Shown piece by piece: positions 8,931 through 21,896 of a DNA stretch of 30,602 nt. This stretch comes from Azolla caroliniana. Taxonomy: Eukaryota > Plantae > Polypodiophyta. The DNA lies in NCBI GenBank assembly GCA_043228905.1, contig JBHGNT010000371.1:1-30602 (forward strand). The letters run 5' to 3'. Below the pieces are notes generated by a model. That model was not told the DNA's origin, made no database searches, and saw only the letters and a list, made by a program, of their open reading frames with translations. The position numbers and the translations under genes are program-made. The stretch's first letter is position 1. The number at the start of each line of letters is the position of its first letter.

Positions 8931-9968
8931 TTAAAAGTGGCGAATACAAGCGCGTGGGCGAAGATCACATTGTTGGAGAAGGCGAGAGGTTGCCACGCTT
9001 AGAAGTTGTTCCTCCTCACCGGCCTTGAAACGACGACGTTGTTCCTCATCTTGTCGTCCGGTCATGCGATAACGGCGCTCGTCCTCCTCGCGCTCGCTAC
9101 TGTCTCTCTCTCGCTCGGCATCCTCTTCCCATTGACGACGTTCCCTTGACACTTGGTTATGGCGGTGACCATCATTGCGTGCCTCTTCTCCGCTAATGTA
9201 TAAGGCCTCGCGGAGGCGGTTGCAACGCTCTTCTACGGGGATTTGTTCCACGTTCCTGCAGCATCTTTCGGAGGGCCTTGCATATCGGCTGATTTCATCC
9301 CAAGAGGTGCGACGGCTTCGTCCACGTTCTTCCTTCTCATTACGTTCTTGTAGGTGGCGGACCTGCCTATCGACGAAGTTTTGGCACTCTTGCCTCAACT
9401 CTCGGTCTCGTGGTTCATCGCGATCGCGGCCGCGACGATCCCGTTCCTCTTCGGACTCTCTCTTGTTGTCTCTGCGACGTCCTTCATCGAGGGATCCTTC
9501 ACGACGTCGGTCGCGCCTCTCCTGCTCGACATCCTCCTCCCTGCGTCGATCGCGCCTCTCGTCACGTGACTCATCACGATCGCGACCGCGACGATCCCGT
9601 TCCTCTTCGGACTCTCTCTTGTTGTCTCCGTAGCGCCCCTCCTCGATGGACCCCTCGCGACGTCCCCCGCGCCTCTCCTCATCGAAATCCTCCTCCCTGC
9701 GTCGATCGCGCCTCTCCTCACGTGGCTCATCGCGATCGTGACTGCGACGATCCCGGTCCTCATCCGACTCTCTCTTGTTGTCTCTGTAGCGCCCCTCATC
9801 GATGGATCCCTCACGACGTCCGCTGCGCCTCTCCTCGTCGACATCCTCCTCCCTACGTCGATCGCGCCTCTCCTCTTCGCGATCCCGTCCTACAGATCTA
9901 GCATTGGCCGCGCCGCAGGCGGCTAGCATGATAACCGCCATGAGGAATATGATAGTGAGCTTCGCCAT
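8931..9968 (-). CDS. Arg/Glu-rich 2S-albumin-like precursor, copy 5 (G59, private synonymous SNP)
   Basis: Intact ORF with G59. C>T at 9414 changes GAG to GAA at E185. Confidence 0.85.
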   Translation of the reverse strand: MAKLTIIFLMAVIMLAACGAANARSVGRDREEERRDRRREEDVDEERRSGRREGSIDEGRYRDNKRESDEDRDRRSHDRDEPREERRDRRREEDFDEERRGGRREGSIEEGRYGDNKRESEEERDRRGRDRDESRDERRDRRREEDVEQERRDRRREGSLDEGRRRDNKRESEEERDRRGRDRDEPRDRELRQECQNFVDRQVRHLQERNEKEERGRSRRTSWDEISRYARPSERCCRNVEQIPVEERCNRLREALYISGEEARNDGHRHNQVSRERRQWEEDAERERDSSEREEDERRYRMTGRQDEEQRRRFKAGEEEQLLSVATSRLLQQCDLRPRACIRHF

Positions 9969-11091
9969 TGCTTGTGTTCGGAACTACCCCGGTTCTCTCT
10001 CCGCCTATTTGAGTGTGTCATGGTTGATCCACCCTTATATACACAAGGCCATGCATGTCTAGTACATGCATGTCCCTTCCCACGTCCATTCCTATAGACG
10101 TTAATGGCATGATCCATACTTGGGCCACGGAAGAGACCATTCACTTTTATCCACCCCCCTTTACGTGTCCAGGATCCTCCTGCTTCGACCTACCATATCA
10201 CTAGCCCTATACTCACCTCCATCACACCAGGAGTGGGATTATGCACTTGGGCATTTCAAATCTACTAACCTATGGACGCTTCGTCCATATTGCAACGTAG
10301 ACAGTATGTAACCTCATGATAGCCACCTACACATGTGATGCCATTGAGGTTGTAGAGTGCGTATGGGCCTCGTAAAACGAGGATAAGGTGGTGAGAAAAG
10401 GTTTTTAGGGTGTTGGTTCTCTCCACGAAAACGTTATCGGTGGTTGTGGCCACGAGGGGGTTTAGAATCCATTGCGACCAACATACGGACGACGACACGC
10501 GTTTTCATTGTGATTACAAGATCCGTCGTCGTTGTGGACGCTGCAACCACCGGAGGAATATGAAGGTGGCACCATTCAAGGACAACATTTCTAGGTGAAA
10601 CATGCGTGGGTTGGTTGGTTCACACGATGATGAAAATGGTAGATAGACATGGGAATTTCATGTGGAATCATGTTTGTAGTAGGAGTTACGATCAGCCACT
10701 ACTATTGCGCACATCATGGTACGGCGAGACACGGCATTGTATGAGGGTGGCTTCAATACAACATTGTGATGGCATCGACGTTTGACGAGTTTCGCGTTGC
10801 TCGTGAGAGAGATAGCGATAGATGGATAGAGATAGATATAGGTAGGGTGGGAGTGGGTAGTGTGCGTGTGGGCACGTTACCTAATCATGTGTGCGTGGAG
10901 TTTCATTTTGCTTGTGCAATGAGCGAGCGAGGGCACGCGACCTGATCGTGCGTGCGTGCGTGCGTGTTGTGCGCGAGCGTGGGAGAAATATGATTGAGAG
11001 GGTTATGAGAACGTCAAGACACCACACAGAGCACACCATTTACATTTACGATGTTCAGAAAGTGTATAGTTGAAAAAGTTATGTACGTTCT

Positions 11092-12129
11092 TTAAAAGTG
11101 GCGAATACAAGCGCGTGGGCGAAGATCACATTGTTGGAGAAGGCGAGAGGTTGCCACGCTTAGAAGTTGTTCCTCCTCACCGGCCTTGAAACGACGACGT
11201 TGTTCCTCATCTTGTCGTCCGGTCATGCGATAACGGCGCTCGTCCTCCTCGCGCTCGCTACTGTCTCTCTCTCGCTCGGCATCCTCTTCCCATTGACGAC
11301 GTTCCCTTGACACTTGGTTATGGCGGTGACCATCATTGCGTGCCTCTTCTCCGCTAATGTATAAGGCCTCGCGGAGGCGGTTGCAACGCTCTTCTACGGG
11401 GATTTGTTCCACGTTCCTGCAGCATCTTTCGGAGGGCCTTGCATATCGGCTGATTTCATCCCAAGAGGTGCGACGGCTTCGTCCACGTTCTTCCTTCTCA
11501 TTACGTTCTTGTAGGTGGCGGACCTGCCTATCGACGAAGTTTTGGCACTCTTGCCTCAACTCTCGGTCTCGTGGCTCATCGCGATCGCGGCCGCGACGAT
11601 CCCGTTCCTCTTCGGACTCTCTCTTGTTGTCTCTGCGACGTCCTTCATCGAGGGATCCTTCACGACGTCGGTCGCGCCTCTCCTGCTCGACATCCTCCTC
11701 CCTGCGTCGATCGCGCCTCTCGTCACGTGACTCATCACGATCGCGACCGCGACGATCCCGTTCCTCTTCGGACTCTCTCTTGTTGTCTCCGTAGCGCCCC
11801 TCCTCGATGGACCCCTCGCGACGTCCCCCGCGCCTCTCCTCATCGAAATCCTCCTCCCTGCGTCGATCGCGCCTCTCCTCACGTGGCTCATCGCGATCGT
11901 GACTGCGACGATCCCGGTCCTCATCCGACTCTCTCTTGTTGTCTCTGTAGCGCCCCTCATCGATGGATCCCTCACGACGTCCGCTGCGCCTCTCCTCGTC
12001 GACATCCTCCTCCCTACGTCGATCGCGCCTCTCCTCTTCGCGATCCCGTCCTACAGATCTAGCATTGGCCGCGCCGCAGGCGGCTAGCATGATAACCGCC
12101 ATGAGGAATATGATAGTGAGCTTCGCCAT
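11092..12129 (-). CDS. Arg/Glu-rich 2S-albumin-like precursor, copy 6 (G59)
   Basis: Intact 345-aa ORF, G59 allele. Confidence 0.85.
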   Translation of the reverse strand: MAKLTIIFLMAVIMLAACGAANARSVGRDREEERRDRRREEDVDEERRSGRREGSIDEGRYRDNKRESDEDRDRRSHDRDEPREERRDRRREEDFDEERRGGRREGSIEEGRYGDNKRESEEERDRRGRDRDESRDERRDRRREEDVEQERRDRRREGSLDEGRRRDNKRESEEERDRRGRDRDEPRDRELRQECQNFVDRQVRHLQERNEKEERGRSRRTSWDEISRYARPSERCCRNVEQIPVEERCNRLREALYISGEEARNDGHRHNQVSRERRQWEEDAERERDSSEREEDERRYRMTGRQDEEQRRRFKAGEEEQLLSVATSRLLQQCDLRPRACIRHF

Positions 12130-13252
12130 TGCTTGTGTTCGGAACTACCCCGGTTCTCTCTCCGCCTATTTGAGTGTGTCATGGTTGATCCACCCTTATA
12201 TACACAAGGCCATGCATGTCTAGTACATGCATGTCCCTTCCCACGTCCATTCCTATAGACGTTAATGGCATGATCCATACTTGGGCCACGGAAGAGACCA
12301 TTCACTTTTATCCACCCCCCTTTACGTGTCCAGGATCCTCCTGCTTCGACCTACCATATCACTAGCCCTATACTCACCTCCATCACACCAGGAGTGGGAT
12401 TATGCACTTGGGCATTTCAAATCTACTAACCTATGGACGCTTCGTCCATATTGCAACGTAGACAGTATGTAACCTCATGATAGCCACCTACACATGTGAT
12501 GCCATTGAGGTTGTAGAGTGCGTATGGGCCTCGTAAAACGAGGATAAGGTGGTGAGAAAAGGTTTTTAGGGTGTTGGTTCTCTCCACGAAAACGTTATCG
12601 GTGGTTGTGGCCACGAGGGGGTTTAGAATCCATTGCGACCAACATACGGACGACGACACGCGTTTTCATTGTGATTACAAGATCCGTCGTCGTTGTGGAC
12701 GCTGCAACCACCGGAGGAATATGAAGGTGGCACCATTCAAGGACAACATTTCTAGGTGAAACATGCGTGGGTTGGTTGGTTCACACGATGATGAAAATGG
12801 TAGATAGACATGGGAATTTCATGTGGAATCATGTTTGTAGTAGGAGTTACGATCAGCCACTACTATTGCGCACATCATGGTACGGCGAGACACGGCATTG
12901 TATGAGGGTGGCTTCAATACAACATTGTGATGGCATCGACGTTTGACGAGTTTCGCGTTGCTCGTGAGAGAGATAGCGATAGATGGATAGAGATAGATAT
13001 AGGTAGGGTGGGAGTGGGTAGTGTGCGTGTGGGCACGTTACCTAATCATGTGTGCGTGGAGTTTCATTTTGCTTGTGCAATGAGCGAGCGAGGGCACGCG
13101 ACCTGATCGTGCGTGCGTGCGTGCGTGTTGTGCGCGAGCGTGGGAGAAATATGATTGAGAGGGTTATGAGAACGTCAAGACACCACACAGAGCACACCAT
13201 TTACATTTACGATGTTCAGAAAGTGTATAGTTGAAAAAGTTATGTACGTTCT

Positions 13253-14290
13253 TTAAAAGTGGCGAATACAAGCGCGTGGGCGAAGATCACATTGTTGGAG
13301 AAGGCGAGAGGTTGCCACGCTTAGAAGTTGTTCCTCCTCACCGGCCTTGAAACGACGACGTTGTTCCTCATCTTGTCGTCCGGTCATGCGATAACGGCGC
13401 TCGTCCTCCTCGCGCTCGCTACTGTCTCTCTCTCGCTCGGCATCCTCTTCCCATTGACGACGTTCCCTTGACACTTGGTTATGGCGGTGACCATCATTGC
13501 GTGCCTCTTCTCCGCTAATGTATAAGGCCTCGCGGAGGCGGTTGCAACGCTCTTCTACGGGGATTTGTTCCACGTTCCTGCAGCATCTTTCGGAGGGCCT
13601 TGCATATCGGCTGATTTCATCCCAAGAGGTGCGACGGCTTCGTCCACGTTCTTCCTTCTCATTACGTTCTTGTAGGTGGCGGACCTGCCTATCGACGAAG
13701 TTTTGGCACTCTTGCCTCAACTCTCGGTCTCGTGGCTCATCGCGATCGCGGCCGCGACGATCCCGTTCCTCTTCGGACTCTCTCTTGTTGTCTCTGCGAC
13801 GTCCTTCATCGAGGGATCCTTCACGACGTCGGTCGCGCCTCTCCTGCTCGACATCCTCCTCCCTGCGTCGATCGCGCCTCTCGTCACGTGACTCATCACG
13901 ATCGCGACCGCGACGATCCCGTTCCTCTTCGGACTCTCTCTTGTTGTCTCCGTAGCGCCCCTCCTCGATGGACCCCTCGCGACGTCCCCCGCGCCTCTCC
14001 TCATCGAAATCCTCCTCCCTGCGTCGATCGCGCCTCTCCTCACGTGGCTCATCGCGATCGTGACTGCGACGATCCCGGTCCTCATCCGACTCTCTCTTGT
14101 TGTCTCTGTAGCGCCCCTCATCGATGGATCCCTCACGACGTCCGCTGCGCCTCTCCTCGTCGACATCCTCCTCCCTACGTCGATCGCGCCTCTCCTCTTC
14201 GCGATCCCGTCCTACAGATCTAGCATTGGCCGCGCCGCAGGCGGCTAGCATGATAACCGCCATGAGGAATATGATAGTGAGCTTCGCCAT
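13253..14290 (-). CDS. Arg/Glu-rich 2S-albumin-like precursor, copy 7 (G59)
   Basis: Intact 345-aa ORF, G59 allele. Confidence 0.85.
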   Translation of the reverse strand: MAKLTIIFLMAVIMLAACGAANARSVGRDREEERRDRRREEDVDEERRSGRREGSIDEGRYRDNKRESDEDRDRRSHDRDEPREERRDRRREEDFDEERRGGRREGSIEEGRYGDNKRESEEERDRRGRDRDESRDERRDRRREEDVEQERRDRRREGSLDEGRRRDNKRESEEERDRRGRDRDEPRDRELRQECQNFVDRQVRHLQERNEKEERGRSRRTSWDEISRYARPSERCCRNVEQIPVEERCNRLREALYISGEEARNDGHRHNQVSRERRQWEEDAERERDSSEREEDERRYRMTGRQDEEQRRRFKAGEEEQLLSVATSRLLQQCDLRPRACIRHF

Positions 14291-15413
14291 TGCTTGTGTT
14301 CGGAACTACCCCGGTTCTCTCTCCGCCTATTTGAGTGTGTCATGGTTGATCCACCCTTATATACACAAGGCCATGCATGTCTAGTACATGCATGTCCCTT
14401 CCCACGTCCATTCCTATAGACGTTAATGGCATGATCCATACTTGGGCCACGGAAGAGACCATTCACTTTTATCCACCCCCCTTTACGTGTCCAGGATCCT
14501 CCTGCTTCGACCTACCATATCACTAGCCCTATACTCACCTCCATCACACCAGGAGTGGGATTATGCACTTGGGCATTTCAAATCTACTAACCTATGGACG
14601 CTTCGTCCATATTGCAACGTAGACAGTATGTAACCTCATGATAGCCACCTACACATGTGATGCCATTGAGGTTGTAGAGTGCGTATGGGCCTCGTAAAAC
14701 GAGGATAAGGTGGTGAGAAAAGGTTTTTAGGGTGTTGGTTCTCTCCACGAAAACGTTATCGGTGGTTGTGGCCACGAGGGGGTTTAGAATCCATTGCGAC
14801 CAACATACGGACGACGACACGCGTTTTCATTGTGATTACAAGATCCGTCGTCGTTGTGGACGCTGCAACCACCGGAGGAATATGAAGGTGGCACCATTCA
14901 AGGACAACATTTCTAGGTGAAACATGCGTGGGTTGGTTGGTTCACACGATGATGAAAATGGTAGATAGACATGGGAATTTCATGTGGAATCATGTTTGTA
15001 GTAGGAGTTACGATCAGCCACTACTATTGCGCACATCATGGTACGGCGAGACACGGCATTGTATGAGGGTGGCTTCAATACAACATTGTGATGGCATCGA
15101 CGTTTGACGAGTTTCGCGTTGCTCGTGAGAGAGATAGCGATAGATGGATAGAGATAGATATAGGTAGGGTGGGAGTGGGTAGTGTGCGTGTGGGCACGTT
15201 ACCTAATCATGTGTGCGTGGAGTTTCATTTTGCTTGTGCAATGAGCGAGCGAGGGCACGCGACCTGATCGTGCGTGCGTGCGTGCGTGTTGTGCGCGAGC
15301 GTGGGAGAAATATGATTGAGAGGGTTATGAGAACGTCAAGACACCACACAGAGCACACCATTTACATTTACGATGTTCAGAAAGTGTATAGTTGAAAAAG
15401 TTATGTACGTTCT

Positions 15414-16451
15414 TTAAAAGTGGCGAATACAAGCGCGTGGGCGAAGATCACATTGTTGGAGAAGGCGAGAGGTTGCCACGCTTAGAAGTTGTTCCTCCTC
15501 ACCGGCCTTGAAACGACGACGTTGTTCCTCATCTTGTCGTCCGGTCATGCGATAACGGCGCTCGTCCTCCTCGCGCTCGCTACTGTCTCTCTCTCGCTCG
15601 GCATCCTCTTCCCATTGACGACGTTCCCTTGACACTTGGTTATGGCGGTGACCATCATTGCGTGCCTCTTCTCCGCTAATGTATAAGGCCTCGCGGAGGC
15701 GGTTGCAACGCTCTTCTACGGGGATTTGTTCCACGTTCCTGCAGCATCTTTCGGAGGGCCTTGCATATCGGCTGATTTCATCCCAAGAGGTGCGACGGCT
15801 TCGTCCACGTTCTTCCTTCTCATTACGTTCTTGTAGGTGGCGGACCTGCCTATCGACGAAGTTTTGGCACTCTTGCCTCAACTCTCGGTCTCGTGGCTCA
15901 TCGCGATCGCGGCCGCGACGATCCCGTTCCTCTTCGGACTCTCTCTTGTTGTCTCTGCGACGTCCTTCATCGAGGGATCCTTCACGACGTCGGTCGCGCC
16001 TCTCCTGCTCGACATCCTCCTCCCTGCGTCGATCGCGCCTCTCGTCACGTGACTCATCACGATCGCGACCGCGACGATCCCGTTCCTCTTCGGACTCTCT
16101 CTTGTTGTCTCCGTAGCGCCCCTCCTCGATGGACCCCTCGCGACGTCCCCCGCGCCTCTCCTCATCGAAATCCTCCTCCCTGCGTCGATCGCGCCTCTCC
16201 TCACGTGGCTCATCGCGATCGTGACTGCGACGATCCCGGTCCTCATCCGACTCTCTCTTGTTGTCTCTGTAGCGCCCCTCATCGATGGATCCCTCACGAC
16301 GTCCGCTGCGCCTCTCCTCGTCGACATCCTCCTCCCTACGTCGATCGCGCCTCTCCTCTTCGCGATCCCGTCCTACAGATCTAGCATTGGCCGCGCCGCA
16401 GGCGGCTAGCATGATAACCGCCATGAGGAATATGATAGTGAGCTTCGCCAT
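15414..16451 (-). CDS. Arg/Glu-rich 2S-albumin-like precursor, copy 8 (G59)
   Basis: Intact 345-aa ORF, G59 allele. Confidence 0.85.
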   Translation of the reverse strand: MAKLTIIFLMAVIMLAACGAANARSVGRDREEERRDRRREEDVDEERRSGRREGSIDEGRYRDNKRESDEDRDRRSHDRDEPREERRDRRREEDFDEERRGGRREGSIEEGRYGDNKRESEEERDRRGRDRDESRDERRDRRREEDVEQERRDRRREGSLDEGRRRDNKRESEEERDRRGRDRDEPRDRELRQECQNFVDRQVRHLQERNEKEERGRSRRTSWDEISRYARPSERCCRNVEQIPVEERCNRLREALYISGEEARNDGHRHNQVSRERRQWEEDAERERDSSEREEDERRYRMTGRQDEEQRRRFKAGEEEQLLSVATSRLLQQCDLRPRACIRHF

Positions 16452-17574
16452 TGCTTGTGTTCGGAACTACCCCGGTTCTCTCTCCGCCTATTTGAGTGTG
16501 TCATGGTTGATCCACCCTTATATACACAAGGCCATGCATGTCTAGTACATGCATGTCCCTTCCCACGTCCATTCCTATAGACGTTAATGGCATGATCCAT
16601 ACTTGGGCCACGGAAGAGACCATTCACTTTTATCCACCCCCCTTTACGTGTCCAGGATCCTCCTGCTTCGACCTACCATATCACTAGCCCTATACTCACC
16701 TCCATCACACCAGGAGTGGGATTATGCACTTGGGCATTTCAAATCTACTAACCTATGGACGCTTCGTCCATATTGCAACGTAGACAGTATGTAACCTCAT
16801 GATAGCCACCTACACATGTGATGCCATTGAGGTTGTAGAGTGCGTATGGGCCTCGTAAAACGAGGATAAGGTGGTGAGAAAAGGTTTTTAGGGTGTTGGT
16901 TCTCTCCACGAAAACGTTATCGGTGGTTGTGGCCACGAGGGGGTTTAGAATCCATTGCGACCAACATACGGACGACGACACGCGTTTTCATTGTGATTAC
17001 AAGATCCGTCGTCGTTGTGGACGCTGCAACCACCGGAGGAATATGAAGGTGGCACCATTCAAGGACAACATTTCTAGGTGAAACATGCGTGGGTTGGTTG
17101 GTTCACACGATGATGAAAATGGTAGATAGACATGGGAATTTCATGTGGAATCATGTTTGTAGTAGGAGTTACGATCAGCCACTACTATTGCGCACATCAT
17201 GGTACGGCGAGACACGGCATTGTATGAGGGTGGCTTCAATACAACATTGTGATGGCATCGACGTTTGACGAGTTTCGCGTTGCTCGTGAGAGAGATAGCG
17301 ATAGATGGATAGAGATAGATATAGGTAGGGTGGGAGTGGGTAGTGTGCGTGTGGGCACGTTACCTAATCATGTGTGCGTGGAGTTTCATTTTGCTTGTGC
17401 AATGAGCGAGCGAGGGCACGCGACCTGATCGTGCGTGCGTGCGTGCGTGTTGTGCGCGAGCGTGGGAGAAATATGATTGAGAGGGTTATGAGAACGTCAA
17501 GACACCACACAGAGCACACCATTTACATTTACGATGTTCAGAAAGTGTATAGTTGAAAAAGTTATGTACGTTCT

Positions 17575-18612
17575 TTAAAAGTGGCGAATACAAGCGCGTG
17601 GGCGAAGATCACATTGTTGGAGAAGGCGAGAGGTTGCCACGCTTAGAAGTTGTTCCTCCTCACCGGCCTTGAAACGACGACGTTGTTCCTCATCTTGTCG
17701 TCCGGTCATGCGATAACGGCGCTCGTCCTCCTCGCGCTCGCTACTGTCTCTCTCTCGCTCGGCATCCTCTTCCCATTGACGACGTTCCCTTGACACTTGG
17801 TTATGGCGGTGACCATCATTGCGTGCCTCTTCTCCGCTAATGTATAAGGCCTCGCGGAGGCGGTTGCAACGCTCTTCTACGGGGATTTGTTCCACGTTCC
17901 TGCAGCATCTTTCGGAGGGCCTTGCATATCGGCTGATTTCATCCCAAGAGGTGCGACGGCTTCGTCCACGTTCTTCCTTCTCATTACGTTCTTGTAGGTG
18001 GCGGACCTGCCTATCGACGAAGTTTTGGCACTCTTGCCTCAACTCTCGGTCTCGTGGCTCATCGCGATCGCGGCCGCGACGATCCCGTTCCTCTTCGGAC
18101 TCTCTCTTGTTGTCTCTGCGACGTCCTTCATCGAGGGATCCTTCACGACGTCGGTCGCGCCTCTCCTGCTCGACATCCTCCTCCCTGCGTCGATCGCGCC
18201 TCTCGTCACGTGACTCATCACGATCGCGACCGCGACGATCCCGTTCCTCTTCGGACTCTCTCTTGTTGTCTCCGTAGCGCCCCTCCTCGATGGACCCCTC
18301 GCGACGTCCCCCGCGCCTCTCCTCATCGAAATCCTCCTCCCTGCGTCGATCGCGCCTCTCCTCACGTGGCTCATCGCGATCGTGACTGCGACGATCCCGG
18401 TCCTCATCCGACTCTCTCTTGTTGTCTCTGTAGCGCCCCTCATCGATGGATCCCTCACGACGTCCGCTGCGCCTCTCCTCGTCGACATCCTCCTCCCTAC
18501 GTCGATCGCGCCTCTCCTCTTCGCGATCCCGTCCTACAGATCTAGCATTGGCCGCGCCGCAGGCGGCTAGCATGATAACCGCCATGAGGAATATGATAGT
18601 GAGCTTCGCCAT
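17575..18612 (-). CDS. Arg/Glu-rich 2S-albumin-like precursor, copy 9 (G59)
   Basis: Intact 345-aa ORF, G59 allele. Confidence 0.85.
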   Translation of the reverse strand: MAKLTIIFLMAVIMLAACGAANARSVGRDREEERRDRRREEDVDEERRSGRREGSIDEGRYRDNKRESDEDRDRRSHDRDEPREERRDRRREEDFDEERRGGRREGSIEEGRYGDNKRESEEERDRRGRDRDESRDERRDRRREEDVEQERRDRRREGSLDEGRRRDNKRESEEERDRRGRDRDEPRDRELRQECQNFVDRQVRHLQERNEKEERGRSRRTSWDEISRYARPSERCCRNVEQIPVEERCNRLREALYISGEEARNDGHRHNQVSRERRQWEEDAERERDSSEREEDERRYRMTGRQDEEQRRRFKAGEEEQLLSVATSRLLQQCDLRPRACIRHF

Positions 18613-19735
18613 TGCTTGTGTTCGGAACTACCCCGGTTCTCTCTCCGCCTATTTGAGTGTGTCATGGTTGATCCACCCTTATATACACAAGGCCATGCAT
18701 GTCTAGTACATGCATGTCCCTTCCCACGTCCATTCCTATAGACGTTAATGGCATGATCCATACTTGGGCCACGGAAGAGACCATTCACTTTTATCCACCC
18801 CCCTTTACGTGTCCAGGATCCTCCTGCTTCGACCTACCATATCACTAGCCCTATACTCACCTCCATCACACCAGGAGTGGGATTATGCACTTGGGCATTT
18901 CAAATCTACTAACCTATGGACGCTTCGTCCATATTGCAACGTAGACAGTATGTAACCTCATGATAGCCACCTACACATGTGATGCCATTGAGGTTGTAGA
19001 GTGCGTATGGGCCTCGTAAAACGAGGATAAGGTGGTGAGAAAAGGTTTTTAGGGTGTTGGTTCTCTCCACGAAAACGTTATCGGTGGTTGTGGCCACGAG
19101 GGGGTTTAGAATCCATTGCGACCAACATACGGACGACGACACGCGTTTTCATTGTGATTACAAGATCCGTCGTCGTTGTGGACGCTGCAACCACCGGAGG
19201 AATATGAAGGTGGCACCATTCAAGGACAACATTTCTAGGTGAAACATGCGTGGGTTGGTTGGTTCACACGATGATGAAAATGGTAGATAGACATGGGAAT
19301 TTCATGTGGAATCATGTTTGTAGTAGGAGTTACGATCAGCCACTACTATTGCGCACATCATGGTACGGCGAGACACGGCATTGTATGAGGGTGGCTTCAA
19401 TACAACATTGTGATGGCATCGACGTTTGACGAGTTTCGCGTTGCTCGTGAGAGAGATAGCGATAGATGGATAGAGATAGATATAGGTAGGGTGGGAGTGG
19501 GTAGTGTGCGTGTGGGCACGTTACCTAATCATGTGTGCGTGGAGTTTCATTTTGCTTGTGCAATGAGCGAGCGAGGGCACGCGACCTGATCGTGCGTGCG
19601 TGCGTGCGTGTTGTGCGCGAGTGTGGGAGAAATATGATTGAGAGGGTTATGAGAACGTCAAGACACCACACAGAGCACACCATTTACATTTACGATGTTC
19701 AGAAAGTGTATAGTTGAAAAAGTTATGTACGTTCT

Positions 19736-20773
19736 TTAAAAGTGGCGAATACAAGCGCGTGGGCGAAGATCACATTGTTGGAGAAGGCGAGAGGTTGCCA
19801 CGCTTAGAAGTTGTTCCTCCTCACCGGCCTTGAAACGACGACGTTGTTCCTCATCTTGTCGTCCGGTCATGCGATAACGGCGCTCGTCCTCCTCGCGCTC
19901 GCTACTGTCTCTCTCTCGCTCGGCATCCTCTTCCCATTGACGACGTTCCCTTGACACTTGGTTATGGCGGTGACCATCATTGCGTGCCTCTTCTCCGCTA
20001 ATGTATAAGGCCTCGCGGAGGCGGTTGCAACGCTCTTCTACGGGGATTTGTTCCACGTTCCTGCAGCATCTTTCGGAGGGCCTTGCATATCGGCTGATTT
20101 CATCCCAAGAGGTGCGACGGCTTCGTCCACGTTCTTCCTTCTCATTACGTTCTTGTAGGTGGCGGACCTGCCTATCGACGAAGTTTTGGCACTCTTGCCT
20201 CAACTCTCGGTCTCGTGGCTCATCGCGATCGCGGCCGCGACGATCCCGTTCCTCTTCGGACTCTCTCTTGTTGTCTCTGCGACGTCCTTCATCGAGGGAT
20301 CCTTCACGACGTCGGTCGCGCCTCTCCTGCTCGACATCCTCCTCCCTGCGTCGATCGCGCCTCTCGTCACGTGACTCATCACGATCGCGACCGCGACGAT
20401 CCCGTTCCTCTTCGGACTCTCTCTTGTTGTCTCCGTAGCGCCCCTCCTCGATGGACCCCTCGCGACGTCCCCCGCGCCTCTCCTCATCGAAATCCTCCTC
20501 CCTGCGTCGATCGCGCCTCTCCTCACGTGGCTCATCGCGATCGTGACTGCGACGATCCCGGTCCTCATCCGACTCTCTCTTGTTGTCTCTGTAGCGCCTC
20601 TCATCGATGGATCCCTCACGACGTCCGCTGCGCCTCTCCTCGTCGACATCCTCCTCCCTACGTCGATCGCGCCTCTCCTCTTCGCGATCCCGTCCTACAG
20701 ATCTAGCATTGGCCGCGCCGCAGGCGGCTAGCATGATAACCGCCATGAGGAATATGATAGTGAGCTTCGCCAT
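19736..20773 (-). CDS. Arg/Glu-rich 2S-albumin-like precursor, copy 10 (R59)
   Basis: Intact 345-aa ORF, R59 allele. Confidence 0.85.
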   Translation of the reverse strand: MAKLTIIFLMAVIMLAACGAANARSVGRDREEERRDRRREEDVDEERRSGRREGSIDERRYRDNKRESDEDRDRRSHDRDEPREERRDRRREEDFDEERRGGRREGSIEEGRYGDNKRESEEERDRRGRDRDESRDERRDRRREEDVEQERRDRRREGSLDEGRRRDNKRESEEERDRRGRDRDEPRDRELRQECQNFVDRQVRHLQERNEKEERGRSRRTSWDEISRYARPSERCCRNVEQIPVEERCNRLREALYISGEEARNDGHRHNQVSRERRQWEEDAERERDSSEREEDERRYRMTGRQDEEQRRRFKAGEEEQLLSVATSRLLQQCDLRPRACIRHF

Positions 20774-21896
20774 TGCTTGTGTTCGGAACTACCCCGGTTC
20801 TCTCTCCGCCTATTTGAGTGTGTCATGGTTGATCCACCCTTATATACACAAGGCCATGCATGTCTAGTACATGCATGTCCCTTCCCACGTCCATTCCTAT
20901 AGACGTTAATGGCATGATCCATACTTGGGCCACGGAAGAGACCATTCACTTTTATCCACCCCCCTTTACGTGTCCAGGATCCTCCTGCTTCGACCTACCA
21001 TATCACTAGCCCTATACTCACCTCCATCACACCAGGAGTGGGATTATGCACTTGGGCATTTCAAATCTACTAACCTATGGACGCTTCGTCCATATTGCAA
21101 CGTAGACAGTATGTAACCTCATGATAGCCACCTACACATGTGATGCCATTGAGGTTGTAGAGTGCGTATGGGCCTCGTAAAACGAGGATAAGGTGGTGAG
21201 AAAAGGTTTTTAGGGTGTTGGTTCTCTCCACGAAAACGTTATCGGTGGTTGTGGCCACGAGGGGGTTTAGAATCCATTGCGACCAACATACGGACGACGA
21301 CACGCGTTTTCATTGTGATTACAAGATCCGTCGTCGTTGTGGACGCTGCAACCACCGGAGGAATATGAAGGTGGCACCATTCAAGGACAACATTTCTAGG
21401 TGAAACATGCGTGGGTTGGTTGGTTCACACGATGATGAAAATGGTAGATAGACATGGGAATTTCATGTGGAATCATGTTTGTAGTAGGAGTTACGATCAG
21501 CCACTACTATTGCGCACATCATGGTACGGCGAGACACGGCATTGTATGAGGGTGGCTTCAATACAACATTGTGATGGCATCGACGTTTGACGAGTTTCGC
21601 GTTGCTCGTGAGAGAGATAGCGATAGATGGATAGAGATAGATATAGGTAGGGTGGGAGTGGGTAGTGTGCGTGTGGGCACGTTACCTAATCATGTGTGCG
21701 TGGAGTTTCATTTTGCTTGTGCAATGAGCGAGCGAGGGCACGCGACCTGATCGTGCGTGCGTGCGTGCGTGTTGTGCGCGAGCGTGGGAGAAATATGATT
21801 GAGAGGGTTATGAGAACGTCAAGACACCACACAGAGCACACCATTTACATTTACGATGTTCAGAAAGTGTATAGTTGAAAAAGTTATGTACGTTCT

